Assembly: GCA_963751345.1 (NCBI GenBank)
Contig: CAVVUS010000030.1
Coordinates: forward strand, 1-64,000
DNA from: an uncultured Chloroflexia bacterium
GTDB lineage: Bacteria > Chloroflexota > Anaerolineae > B4-G1 > SLSP01
Direction of reading: 5' to 3'
Length of the DNA: 64,000 nucleotides
The translations under genes were made by a program, and so were the position numbers. The notes under the pieces are model-generated. The model made no database searches. It had not been told where the DNA came from and saw nothing but the letters and a program-made list of their open reading frames with translations. This document shows, one piece after another, positions 40,139-50,552 of the stretch (positions are counted from its first letter, which is position 1; each line of letters starts with the position of its first letter).

Positions 40139-42530
40139 ATGATTCGTTGTACATCGTGCGGCACACTCAATCAGGATAACCGGAAGGCATGTAGGAACTG
40201 CGGTAGCGTCCTTCCCCAGACGAGGTTGCGCTGTCCAAAATGCGGCACGCTCAATCCCGTCGGCAACCTCTTCTGCGACAACTGCAACACGAGGCTTGTC
40301 CACCCTGAGGATGCCCTTCCCCCTGAACACCCCAGCACGCCTGAGGACGATCGCAGCAGTGCTGCTGTCAAGGGGATTTCATTGCCGACACGTTCGGCCC
40401 CATCGGAGGGGAGTGAGGAATCACCCATCGGATTGCCTGACTGGCTCTCAGGTCTCATCGATGAAGACGCGGAGTTCGGGACGACGAATGCCGAAGCCGA
40501 ATCGGATGAAGATCTCCCTCTCGGTCCAGATGTGCTTCCCGATTGGCTGAAGAGCGAAGAGGGTGAAGAGCCGGAAACCGCAGAAGAAGGCGAGCCGGCG
40601 GCTCAGCCACTGCCCGACTGGTTGGCAGCGATGTCTGGAGAGACGGGCGGCATCGACGAGCCGGAGGAAGATGAGACCGAGCTCCCCGATTGGTTCGCTC
40701 AAATGGCCGCTTCGGTGTCGCCTGAAGAACCGGCGTCTTCAGAGAACCAGAACCTCGAAGAGACGGAATCCGATGAGGAGACCGAAACTGACACAGGGGA
40801 GGCGGACTCTGAGCTCCCGGACTGGCTCCTCGACATATCGGATGAGGATACCGACCAGACGGAGCTGCCTCAATGGCTCACGGATCTGACTGAAGAAGCT
40901 TCACCGGAAATTACCGCGGAGCCTGAGCAGGTCCCGGAACTCGCCGCAGACGAGGTCGAGGAAGAAGAGAGAGCAGAAAAGCCCTCAGAGCCGGTCCAGT
41001 CCGAGCCGGAGTTGGTACCTGATTGGCTCGCAGGGCTCGACCTCACCCTCTCTTCAGAACCCCAGGCTGGACATCTTCTCAGATGAAACCGCAGATACTG
41101 AGGAGGCGGAGTCTGAGACGGTGGAACCGCTGCTGACCGAAGGACCCAGCTGGCTTCAAGGTCTGAGGCCCGAAGAGAGCCTCACAGAAGATAGCCGTGG
41201 CACGCCGGCCTTCCTGGAACAGGAATCTCCGGAAGAACCTGAGGAAGAGGCCGCCGAATTTGGCCTGGAAGGTCCCGAGGAGATACCCGAGTGGCTGCAG
41301 GGCTTGGACTTCACGGCACCAACCGCGGCACGCCTCGAAACACCCTCATCCCTGATGGGTGAGCTCGCCCCTGCGGAAGTGCCTTCGTGGCTCCAGGAAC
41401 TAGCTCCACCCGAGGCAGCCGGGATAAGCCCAAGAGCTCAGAGCGTAGAGTCGTTCGGCGATTTGGCGCCTGCCGACATACCTGATTGGGTCCAGGCACT
41501 GCGTCCCAAGCCGCAGGATGGCCAGGAGCCCCCGGCCGAACGGGCGGCCTTTCCCACCCCGGCTGAGCCCGAGGGACCTCTCCAGGGCATCCCTGGGGTC
41601 CTGCCCTCGCTGATTGCAGTGGATGTACCTTCCGACGCGAAGCTCTCTGTGGCCACTGCGATACCGGATTCGGTCATCGCGCAGGCCCAACTGTGGCAGC
41701 AATTGCTTGAACAGCCGCGCAGTGCGGAGCGCCCTGTCCCACAGGAACGACTGCAGATGCCGGCTAACACCCGCCTTACCCGATGGCTCGTGGCTGCCGT
41801 CCTGCTTCTCGCGACCTTCGCCGCATTCTGGCTCTTGCCTGAGGGCGTGTCCCTCTCAAAGATCCCCGGATCCGAAATCGCCCCAGGCGTGGCGCCCTTT
41901 GTCGATAGCCTCAACCAACTTCAGGCCGGGGACCGCGTCATCCTGGCCATCGAGTACACACCGGGCTATGCCGAGGAAATGGCGCAGATCGCGGCGCCGG
42001 TCCTGGACCAACTCAATGCGCTGGATGCCGAGGTCCTGGTCGTGACCACACTTCCCCAGGGCATTGGCCTCAGCTACGCGCTATCTCCGCAGCCCCGTAA
42101 TCGAGTAGCGCTGCCTGGAAGCGGCTATGTTGCGGGCAACGTCACCGGCATTGCGGAGTTCCTGGCACGACCGGAAGCGCAGGCAGCGAGCCATTTGGTG
42201 GTCCTGACGTCGGATCCGCAGCGGCTCAGATGGTGGATCGAGCAGAATATGCTTACCAGCCACCAGGGTGGCGCATCTGAATTGCCTCTGAGCGTCGGCG
42301 TGAGCGCTGCCACAGGCGCACTCGTCACACCCTATCTCCACACCCAAAACGTCACGGGGTGGATTTCCGGATTCCCACAGGCGTTGGCCTATCGCGAGCT
42401 GACCGGGATCGGAAGCAACCAGGCCTACGCCCGGATCCTCGACGTGCTTACGTTGGCACAATGGGTCGTCGTCGGGCTGCTGTTGATGGCACTTGTTTAC
42501 CACATGGTCGAGCGGAAAGGGGCGAGTTAG
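40139..42530 (+). CDS. Double zinc ribbon + acidic PxWL-repeat linker + TM-flanked alpha/beta domain; frameshift near 41066
   Basis: Four CxxC motifs; 11 PxW[LFV] repeats; TM, soluble domain (IEYTPGYAEEM), C-terminal TM. Confidence 0.8.
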
Positions 42531-42532
42531 CT

Positions 42533-43210
42533 ATGGATCTCCTTGGGCTGATCACCGGCGCCGTCCTGACCCTCGTGATCTTCAGCTATCTCCTCCGCGA
42601 TAACCAGCTCTATCGCTGGGCGCTGGCACTCCTGGTCGGTACGGCGTCCGGGTACGCGACGGGCGTCGCAGTAAGGTTTGTATTGCGCGACTGGATCGCC
42701 CAGACGCTGTCCGGACAGGATCCCGTCGTCAAGTTCGTCTACCTCATCGCGCTATTACTGGGTTGTTTCCTGTTGCTGAAAGGTTTCAAGCCGACCCGCT
42801 TCGTAGGCTTGATCATGACCATCAGCGACATTCCCCTAGGATATCTCGTGGGCGTCGGCGCTGCCGTCGCCGTCTCCGGCGCTCTGACGGGAACGCTCCT
42901 GCCCCAGATCCTGGCAACGGGCGCGGGAGTTCGGATTGATCGTGGCGTCATTGGCATCCTACAGGGCGTCGTGGTCCTCTTGAGCACGATCGTTACGCTC
43001 CTTTCCTTCTCCATCCGCTTCAACGATCGGTCCGCAGAACATCCGAGCAAGTGGGGACTCGGAGTACGGCGCACCGGTAGGGCCGTCTTGGCGGTAGCAC
43101 TGGGCACGGCTTTCTCCGGGGCAGTCACCTCTGCCCTGACCGCGATGGTTATGCGCCTGTGGCAATTGGCCGATCTTCTCAGTCGGTTGTTCAACCTGGT
43201 TGGAGGATAG
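42533..43210 (+). CDS. Polytopic membrane protein
   Basis: LTLVIFSYLLRDNQLYR, about 7 TM segments; abuts its neighbours. Confidence 0.8.
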   Translation: MDLLGLITGAVLTLVIFSYLLRDNQLYRWALALLVGTASGYATGVAVRFVLRDWIAQTLSGQDPVVKFVYLIALLLGCFLLLKGFKPTRFVGLIMTISDIPLGYLVGVGAAVAVSGALTGTLLPQILATGAGVRIDRGVIGILQGVVVLLSTIVTLLSFSIRFNDRSAEHPSKWGLGVRRTGRAVLAVALGTAFSGAVTSALTAMVMRLWQLADLLSRLFNLVGG

Positions 43211-44962
43211 GTGGCAGAGGCACAGAACATCGAATCGGTGTTGGTGGCCGACTGCGGCACAGTCATCACGAAACTGTTGCTGGTCGACCGTGTTGCCGAC
43301 GGCTATCGTTTCGTCGCGCAGGCGGAGGCCCAGACAACAGGCAAGCCGCCCTGGAACGATTTGAGCGTGGGGGTCACCCAGGCGGTCCAGGAGTTGGAGT
43401 CCATCACGGGGCGCAGACTGTATGAGCGCGGTCGGATTATCACACCGAGGCAGGATCTTGAGGGCGTCGACGCGTTTGTCATCACGCTCAGCTCGGTGGC
43501 CCCCTTGCGGGTTATCCTGGCAGGGCTGGTGCGGGAGATGAGCCTGGAAAGCGGCAAGCGAGCGGTAACAGGGACCTATGCATCCGTGGAGGCCATTCTC
43601 TCCCGCGAGGGAAATCTCCGTTCCCCACAGGAGGCATGGGCACGCACGGTCCGGGATCTCATGCCCGATGTGGTGATGCTGGTCGGCGGTGTCGATGGCG
43701 GTGCCCGCCGCCCGGTACTCGAACTCGCCGAGGCCATCGCGCTGGCGACGTCGATGTTGGAGGAAGACCTTCGGCCCATCGTCCTCTATGCAGGCAACAG
43801 TGCTCTGCGCTCGAACGTCTCCCGGCTGTTGAGCGACATCACCCGAGTCGTGATCGCGGACAACGTGCATCCGACCGCCGGCACCGAGCACCTGGGGCCG
43901 GCACAGGGTGCGCTTGAGGAGATCTATAACGAGGAGCGGCTCAGGAAGGCGCCGGGAATGGAGAGCCTGAGCGCATGGAGCCGCCTGCCCTTCTTGCCCG
44001 TCGCCACGACATTTTCTCGTGTCGTGGATTTCCTGTGGCATCGTGAGGGAAACGTGGACCGGGGGGTCTTGGGCGTCGATATAGGTGCGGCGACGACAAC
44101 GATGGCCGTCAACTTCGAGGGCCGCCCGTACGTCACAGTATACGAGCACGGCGTCGCCCACGGCCTCGTGGACTGGGCCGAGGACCACGGGACGGACCGT
44201 CTGATGCAATGGATTCCCGAGGGTTTGGACGAAGACACCTTGATGGCAATGCTCTACAATGCCGAGCTCCATCCCACGACCATCCCGCAGACTTCGCTGG
44301 AGTTGTGGGTAGAACTCGCAATAGCGCGAGAGATGCTGAGGGCAACCTACGACATCGCGCGCCCGACCTGGGATATCAGCGGCTCGGAGTTCAGTGAGAG
44401 CGAGGCTATGCCGCGGGTGGATCCGATCCTGATATCGGGTGGCGGTATTGTCCGCACACCACGACCGGGTCTGGCGCTGCTGGCGATCCTCGACGGTCTG
44501 CAGCCGGTCGGCATCTCGACCGTGCTATTGGACGTGAACCGTGCAGCGCCGGCCATTGGGGCGATTGCGGGCGTGAAACCCCTGATTGCCGCCTCCGCCC
44601 TGGATGCCGGGACGCTCGTCTCTCTGGGCACGGTGATCTCACCGGTGGGCCAGGCGCGGCCCGGTGATGTCGTGATGCGGGTGCACATCACGTACGACAA
44701 CGGAAGCGAATTGGACGTGGAGGCGCACTACGGCGAACTTGAGATCTGGCCGCTCGCGGCCGACCAACGTGCTACGCTCGAAGTCAGGCTCCACCGGCGT
44801 TTCGACATTGGTATGGGACCAGGGCAGGGCGGAAGGATAGAGGTGCTTGGCGGACGGGTAGGGCTCGTCGTCGATGCTCGGGGGCGCCCGATCACGCTGC
44901 CGAGGAACACGGACCAACGGCGTCGAGTGCTCAAACGCTGGCTTTGGGACGTTGGAGGCTGA
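43211..44962 (+). CDS. GlmL/MutL (glutamate mutase L)-like actin-fold (ASKHA) ATPase
   Basis: Phosphate-1 VADCGTVITK, PDVVMLVGGVDGG, LYAGN, phosphate-2 GVDIGAATT, adenosine ISGGG, C-terminal GLVVDARGRP. Confidence 0.8.
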   Translation: MAEAQNIESVLVADCGTVITKLLLVDRVADGYRFVAQAEAQTTGKPPWNDLSVGVTQAVQELESITGRRLYERGRIITPRQDLEGVDAFVITLSSVAPLRVILAGLVREMSLESGKRAVTGTYASVEAILSREGNLRSPQEAWARTVRDLMPDVVMLVGGVDGGARRPVLELAEAIALATSMLEEDLRPIVLYAGNSALRSNVSRLLSDITRVVIADNVHPTAGTEHLGPAQGALEEIYNEERLRKAPGMESLSAWSRLPFLPVATTFSRVVDFLWHREGNVDRGVLGVDIGAATTTMAVNFEGRPYVTVYEHGVAHGLVDWAEDHGTDRLMQWIPEGLDEDTLMAMLYNAELHPTTIPQTSLELWVELAIAREMLRATYDIARPTWDISGSEFSESEAMPRVDPILISGGGIVRTPRPGLALLAILDGLQPVGISTVLLDVNRAAPAIGAIAGVKPLIAASALDAGTLVSLGTVISPVGQARPGDVVMRVHITYDNGSELDVEAHYGELEIWPLAADQRATLEVRLHRRFDIGMGPGQGGRIEVLGGRVGLVVDARGRPITLPRNTDQRRRVLKRWLWDVGG

Positions 44963-44963
44963 T

Positions 44964-46016
44964 ATGTATACGCCCTATGCCATAGCCAATCCACTGACGA
45001 CGGTGCGCATCCCAAGACTCCTCCCTCAATCGGGTGAAGTCCTGGTGAGGTCGGGCGATTCGGTCGAGCCCACTCAGATCGTAGCCCAGGCCGTCAAGCC
45101 CCCTGATTTCCGCATCGTGGAGTTCGCGCAGGAACTCGACGTCCTGAGCAAGAACGCCAATGCCTATCTGAAGGTGAAGCGCGGACAAGCCATTTCGGAG
45201 GGCGACATCCTCGCCACGAGGGGAGGGTTGAGCGATCGAGCCTGTCGCGCGCCCATCAGCGGAAAGATCATCGGGGTTGGGCGCGGCAGGCTGCTGCTGG
45301 AGGCGGAACCGCAAGTTTTGCGGCTCAACGCATTGGTACCGGGCTACGTCATCGAGGTACGGGCCGGAGAAGGGGCGGTGATCGAGACGGTAGGTGGGCT
45401 GATTGAGGCGGCCTGGGGCAACGGACAGGAAGCCTACGGCCTGCTCCGGATGGTCGTCCGGGACCTCAGCCATCCGATCCGGGCCACTCACATCAACGCA
45501 TCGTCGCAGGGCGCTATCCTGGTAGGCGGATCCACCGTTGAGGAGGAGTGCATCGCGCAGGCTGCGGAAGTGCAAGTTCGGGGTATGATCGTCGGAAGCA
45601 TTCCGACATCCCTCATCCCGAAGGTAAGACAGGCGAACTTCCCCATCGTAGCTACCGAGGGGATAGGGACCGCGCCGATGACCCGGCTGGTATTCGATCT
45701 GCTGCACTCATTGGATGGTCGGGAGGCAGCGCTGAGCGGGGACATCGGGAGCCGTTGGCACGAGAAGCGCCCTTTTGTGCTTGTCCCTATGCCCACGCAG
45801 GCAGCACGCCCTATCGATGTCAATGCGCCCGTGGCGACCGGCCATCGCATCCGTGTCCTCAGGGGAGATTACAGGGGACGCTCCGGCACGATCTCACAAC
45901 TGCTCGTCAAGCTGATTGTCCTGGAGACGGGGGCGCGGCTGCCCGGTGTCTTGGTCACCCTCGACGACGGCGAACAGGTGCAAATCCCTTATGCGAATCT
46001 GGAACGCTTGCTCTAG
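44964..46016 (+). CDS. Hypothetical protein with barrel-sandwich hybrid (biotinyl/lipoyl-like) motifs and C-terminal KOW-like motif
   Basis: GEVLVRSGDSV, KVKRGQAISEGDIL, RAPISGKI, ATEGIG, GHRIRVLRGDYRGRSGTI. Confidence 0.75.
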   Translation: MYTPYAIANPLTTVRIPRLLPQSGEVLVRSGDSVEPTQIVAQAVKPPDFRIVEFAQELDVLSKNANAYLKVKRGQAISEGDILATRGGLSDRACRAPISGKIIGVGRGRLLLEAEPQVLRLNALVPGYVIEVRAGEGAVIETVGGLIEAAWGNGQEAYGLLRMVVRDLSHPIRATHINASSQGAILVGGSTVEEECIAQAAEVQVRGMIVGSIPTSLIPKVRQANFPIVATEGIGTAPMTRLVFDLLHSLDGREAALSGDIGSRWHEKRPFVLVPMPTQAARPIDVNAPVATGHRIRVLRGDYRGRSGTISQLLVKLIVLETGARLPGVLVTLDDGEQVQIPYANLERLL

Positions 46017-46038
46017 CCAAGGAGAGGTCTGAGTCGAC

Positions 46039-46362
46039 ATGCCAATTCGCAAACTACTCCGTGAGAGCGCGTTTCATTTGGCCCGCAAGGATCTCGCGTC
46101 TTTCCTGGCCGACCATGAAGAGGACCTATTGTCCATCTTTCGTGAGGAAATGCAGATCCTCGACGATGAGATACCGGAGGAAAGCCTCTTCATCGACATC
46201 AAAATGGTGCCGCTCGGAGAGGCGATCCTGAAGGCAGCTCTCCACGCCATAACGCGCTTCCTCACCGAGGAATTCCCATCTAGCTCGACCGGCAAAGCGA
46301 AGGTGGTGATCGAGGAGCAGGAGGAAGGAAAGGGGCTTATCCTGAAAGACTCGAAATCTTGA
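46039..46362 (+). CDS. Small acidic helical hypothetical protein
   Basis: aaggagagg SD, 107-aa ORF continuing the operon. Confidence 0.7.
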   Translation: MPIRKLLRESAFHLARKDLASFLADHEEDLLSIFREEMQILDDEIPEESLFIDIKMVPLGEAILKAALHAITRFLTEEFPSSSTGKAKVVIEEQEEGKGLILKDSKS

Positions 46363-46505
46363 CTTCCCCTTCGACAAGAGCATTGGATGATCACTTGTGT
46401 CTTTTCCGTCTTCTATTTACAATAATCATAAGCAGCCGCTCGATCTCTGCAAAGGCGTGGCTCCTGTGCGCCTGATGGGCACACGCAGAAAAGGAGGAGA
46501 GGATC

Positions 46506-47144
46506 ATGTCGGATGACATTTTCGAGGCCTTTGGCGACGAGGATACGTACCAGGAAGAGGAAGCCGAGGCTCAAGTAGACCAGACTCAAGGCCAGAACCG
46601 CGTCTTTATCATCGCGGTGGCCGTCTTGGGTGGCCTCCTGGTGTGCGCCTTGATATCGTTTGGCGTCTGGGCCCTTGTCCTCAATCGGCCACAACAGGCA
46701 GCTCCGCCGCCGACTGAGGTCGCAGCTTCCCCGACCGCTGAAATGGTGGTGGAGGCGACGTCAACACCCGCGGCGCCGGAGGCCACGAATACGCCGCAAC
46801 CAACAGACACGCCGGAGCCCACATCGACACCCGTACTCGGCCCCACCGCAACACCCACAGCCGAGGGAGGCGGAGACGACCCACTGGCTGTAGGAGGGGC
46901 TGCGACGGCCACCGAGCCGGCAGAGGAAGCCACGCCCACGGCAACGCAAGAGCCCCGACGCACGCCGACGCCGACACGCACGCCAAGGGCTACCGCCACA
47001 CCGCGTGTAACCGGTGCGGGCACGAGCCTTGGCGGCAACTCGGGCCAGCTCTCGCAGACGGGTCTGGGCGAGTGGCTGTTGATCGGTGCGGCTGTCCTGC
47101 TGGTCGGGGTGATGATCACCGCGCGCAGGCTTCGCCGCACTTGA
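46506..47144 (+). CDS. Pro/Thr-rich surface protein with N-terminal TM and LPxTG-like C-terminal sorting signal
   Basis: Strong SD; acidic N-terminus, TM, PT-rich stalk, LSQTG + hydrophobic helix + RRLRRT. Confidence 0.8.
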   Translation: MSDDIFEAFGDEDTYQEEEAEAQVDQTQGQNRVFIIAVAVLGGLLVCALISFGVWALVLNRPQQAAPPPTEVAASPTAEMVVEATSTPAAPEATNTPQPTDTPEPTSTPVLGPTATPTAEGGGDDPLAVGGAATATEPAEEATPTATQEPRRTPTPTRTPRATATPRVTGAGTSLGGNSGQLSQTGLGEWLLIGAAVLLVGVMITARRLRRT

Positions 47145-47246
47145 GACTGCGCCGATCGACTGTCAAAGATACGCACGGAGCCGTAGGGCTCCGTGCTTCT
47201 TATTTGGCCGCCTTGCCGGTTTCCGCACGAACAGAGTTCGTCCAAG

Positions 47247-48477
47247 ATGAGCACCAGATGCCATAGGTTGTCACTGACCTTCTCAGCCATCGCAGTGGTT
47301 TGTGCAGCGATGGCAACCATACTGTCGGGGTGCGCCCTGCCGCTTGCACCTCAACGCCGAATTGTGACCACCAACGTCCGCGTTGGCACCAACGTCTGCG
47401 TTGGCAGCACCGGCGTCTGAGTCGGCACCGACATCTGTGGCGCCAACATCCCCGGCCACAGCCACGCCGGCTTCCAGCCCCGTGCCCACGGCTACGCCAA
47501 CCCTCGTGCCGACGCCCGATCCGGAGCTCGTGCAAGCTGCCGCCGACGAAGGACTGGTCCGCGCGCAAGCACTGGCAGGAGAGGACGAACTGGTCTGCCT
47601 GCGTTACGAGGACACCGACGCCGACGGAGCGCCGGAGTGGGTCGCCCTGGTCCACCAATCCACTGACGTAGGCGCTCGCCTCGCAGCTTACGTGCTGGAC
47701 GGCGAAGCTGTCTATGCCCTCGAACCCGCACAGCCCAAGCCCGGCGCGGCAGATGTCGGCTTCGGGCAGTACGCCACCTGTGATATTGCCATCCGAGACG
47801 TCAACGCAGATGGTATGCCGGAGCTGGCGATCTTCGGCTACGCCGAGGGGAACCAAACGCTGCTGCATCTCTTTGCCTGGGAAGGGGCCGACTCCGACGC
47901 CGGTGGCGCGTACCGGCGGTTGGGCTTCTTTTCGGGGGACGCAGGCATCAAGTTCGCGGACGCCGACGGAGATCTCGAAGAGGAAATCTGGGAAGGCTAT
48001 CGGGTCCGGGGCGCCCCAAGCCTCGCGTTTTACATCGTGTTCACGTGGGAGAACGAGACGTATGGTTGGACCTCGGAGCACTACGATTGGTATTTTGCGG
48101 ACCGACCGCAGACCTATCCCACCGGTGCGCCGGAGTTCGCCGTCGTCTCTTTTTACCTGGCGCTGAACGACCGTGACATACCCGGTGCTTACGCGCTCCT
48201 CGCCCCGTCGTCCAGGCCCGACTATGATAGCTGGGCATTGGGCTATGCTACGACGCTCCGGGTGAGCGTCGGTGGGGTGCACACGATATCAGGCTCAACG
48301 GGAGAGAACTACGCGCGGATCGCGGCTATGGTCACCGCGTGGGATAATGAGGGCGGCGTGATCACGGGACGGCTCTGGGACGTCGAGTGGGACACGATCG
48401 GCACCGACGCGGGATGGCAACTCGTGTCGTCGACGGCAGATCTGCTGGAGACGTGGCCCGTCACCTACTGGCGGTAA
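47247..48477 (+). CDS. Hypothetical lipoprotein (PT-rich linker, DxDxDG calcium-binding-like motifs); frameshift near 47368
   Basis: Lipobox LSGC in ORF 47193-47420 joins ORF 47383-48477; DTDADG, DVNADG, DADGD motifs. Confidence 0.7.
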
Positions 48478-48526
48478 TCCCCCTCCCCATCCTTCCCTGC
48501 AGGGAGAGGAAGCCCGCAGGTGGGCA

Positions 48527-49090
48527 TCACGGCGTTTCGTAGACGAAGTTGTTATCCGCCTCGCTGAGGCGCGGCTGGACCGCATCCCGGGCCGATAGCT
48601 CGGGGGCTTGAATCGGCCACTCGATCCCGATCTCGGGATCATTCCACAGAATGCCCCGCTCGTGCTCCGGCGAGTACTCGTCCGTGACCTGGTAGATCAG
48701 GTCCACAGACTCACTCAACACACAGAATCCATGGGCGAAGCCGGGCGGAACGTAGAGAAAGTGGTGGTTGTCGCCTGACAACACCTCGCCCACCCAGGCT
48801 CCGTACGTCGGCGACCCCGCCCGGATATCGACGGCGACGTCGAAGATAGCGCCGGTGACCACAGTCATCAGTTTCCCCTGGGCGCGTGGTGATTTCTGGT
48901 AGTGGAGGCCCCGTAACACTCCCCTGGCCGAACGCGAGTGATTGGCCTGGACAAAGGCGCCGGATATGCCGGCAGCCTCAAACTCCGTCCGTTTGTACGT
49001 CTCCATAAAAAAGCCCCGCGCATCACCAAATACCCGCGGCTTGATCAGTTGTACGCCAGGAATCCGGAGCGTCTCGAATGTGAAAGGCAT
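48527..49090 (-). CDS. rfbC: dTDP-4-dehydrorhamnose 3,5-epimerase
   Basis: FGDARGFFMET, GVLRGLHYQ, DVAVDIR, VPPGFAHGF, WNDPEIGIEWP. Confidence 0.95.
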   Translation of the reverse strand: MPFTFETLRIPGVQLIKPRVFGDARGFFMETYKRTEFEAAGISGAFVQANHSRSARGVLRGLHYQKSPRAQGKLMTVVTGAIFDVAVDIRAGSPTYGAWVGEVLSGDNHHFLYVPPGFAHGFCVLSESVDLIYQVTDEYSPEHERGILWNDPEIGIEWPIQAPELSARDAVQPRLSEADNNFVYETP

Positions 49091-49107
49091 AGGTATCGTC
49101 TCCTCAC

Positions 49108-49437
49108 TCAGTGGGGCCAGGCCCACACCAGGATGAGCGCGGCAACGAGCCAAGTCAGTGTGGCGCCCAAGAGAGCTAGTGTCAGGCTCACACGGTCGAC
49201 CAGGACGTAAAGCGCGCCCATGTAGGCACAATACGGCAACAGGGAGACCATGCCAAATCGGATCGTGGCCTTCAGGTCGCCCACCGTCCGTTGTGTGCCG
49301 ACGATGTAGTGCGATATCAGCGTGAACGTCGGAAACAAGGGAACCAAGCCGGCAAGATAGGACCGCTGCGACCGGGCTACAAGCTGGATGATCACGACAA
49401 CGACAGCGCCGAAGAGTGCTTTGAGCAGCAGATCCAT
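49108..49437 (-). CDS. GlpM/YdgC family membrane protein
   Basis: LLLKALFGAVVV, YLAGLVPLFPTF, HYIVG. Confidence 0.85.
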   Translation of the reverse strand: MDLLLKALFGAVVVVIIQLVARSQRSYLAGLVPLFPTFTLISHYIVGTQRTVGDLKATIRFGMVSLLPYCAYMGALYVLVDRVSLTLALLGATLTWLVAALILVWAWPH

Positions 49438-49465
49438 GGCTCGCCTTTACCTGGTCGCCGAGCAG

Positions 49466-50552
49466 CTAGCGGAGGCCCCGGTAGAATCGGGAAGCGAGTG
49501 GATAGAGCGGGTTCAGCGCGCGTTCCCACAAGCCCAGTGTAGCGCACAACCTCACCGCCGAACCCCCGCTTGAACCGGTAGACTCCCCACAGACCGTCGC
49601 TGCGCTCTGTGAATTCCGCTTCCAGCGTCTCCTCGTCGGCATCGGGTATGCCCCATAGGTCATACGTCGTGCATCCGCGCGCCCTTGCCCAACGAATTGC
49701 GGCCCATTGGACGGCATAGGCCGGCATGAGATTTCGATGCCGGTCGGATGAGGCGCCGTAGATGTACCATGACTTCTTCCCGACCGCAAAGACCATCAGC
49801 CCGGCCAGCGGTTCTCCTTCGTGCTCGGCGAGGAGCAGGGCAACCTCGCCCTCGGGTGCAAAGAGTTCGAGCGCTTTCCTGTAGTAGGCCAGCGTGTGCA
49901 CCCCGAATTCATCCCGTTCGCCGGTTACCTCCATCAGGTCGTGGTACGTCTCCACATCGGCTATCGAGCCCTCTCGGACGGTGACCCCCTTGCGCTCTGA
50001 AAGCCGGATGTTATAGCGGGTTTTTGACTTCATCGTCATCAGGATATCCTCCTCGGGAGGGGAGATATCCAATACGATGGTCCGTCGCGGCTGTATGGTG
50101 CGGACGGCTCGGCGGTAGCCGATATCCGCCAAGAAAGCTTCGGTGTGCGGCAGCGATGCAGGATGGGCTGATGCGTTGCCCACCTCGGGCTCGATCCAGC
50201 AGGCCCAAGCCCTGCGCTTGCGCGCAGCAGCATGGAGTGCCGCAAAGAGCTCGGTGGCCGCCGTGCGGTCCGACCAGTCGACGAGCGGGCCGCGTGGCAC
50301 GTAGGCCAGGGTGCCGAGACCTAACGGCAGCTTGCGATAGAGCACGATGGCCCCCGCCCTGGGAGCGTCCTTATCACCAACAGTGACCAGTTCCCAGTCC
50401 CACCCAAAGCCCGCCTTCAGCCTTCCCCATTGGGTCGTCTGGAGCAGATTACCGCAGGGGTGCGCCGCCACAAATCGGTTCCACGATTCGAAGCGGACAC
50501 CCTCCGTCGTCGTCCCCAGCCGACCCACAAAAGCCATAGCCGACCTATCCAC
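49466..50552 (-). CDS. FemAB/FemX family peptidoglycan bridge aminoacyltransferase; frameshift near 49525
   Basis: LLQTTQWGRLK, YVPRGP, KSKTRYNIR, YIYGAS, YDLWGI, GVYRFKRGFGG. Confidence 0.9.

Noticed and set aside
46430-46500. c-di-GMP or fluoride riboswitch in the leader of the LSQTG protein
   Set aside because: Only a short hairpin; conserved aptamer motifs are not in the right arrangement
47227-47241. LexA box (acGAACagaGTTCgt)
   Set aside because: Spacer is 3 bp rather than the GAAC-N4-GTTC consensus
47370-47450. 18-bp semi-palindromic tandem repeats as a mini-CRISPR
   Set aside because: No unique spacers and no cas genes; they encode a PTSALA-type linker
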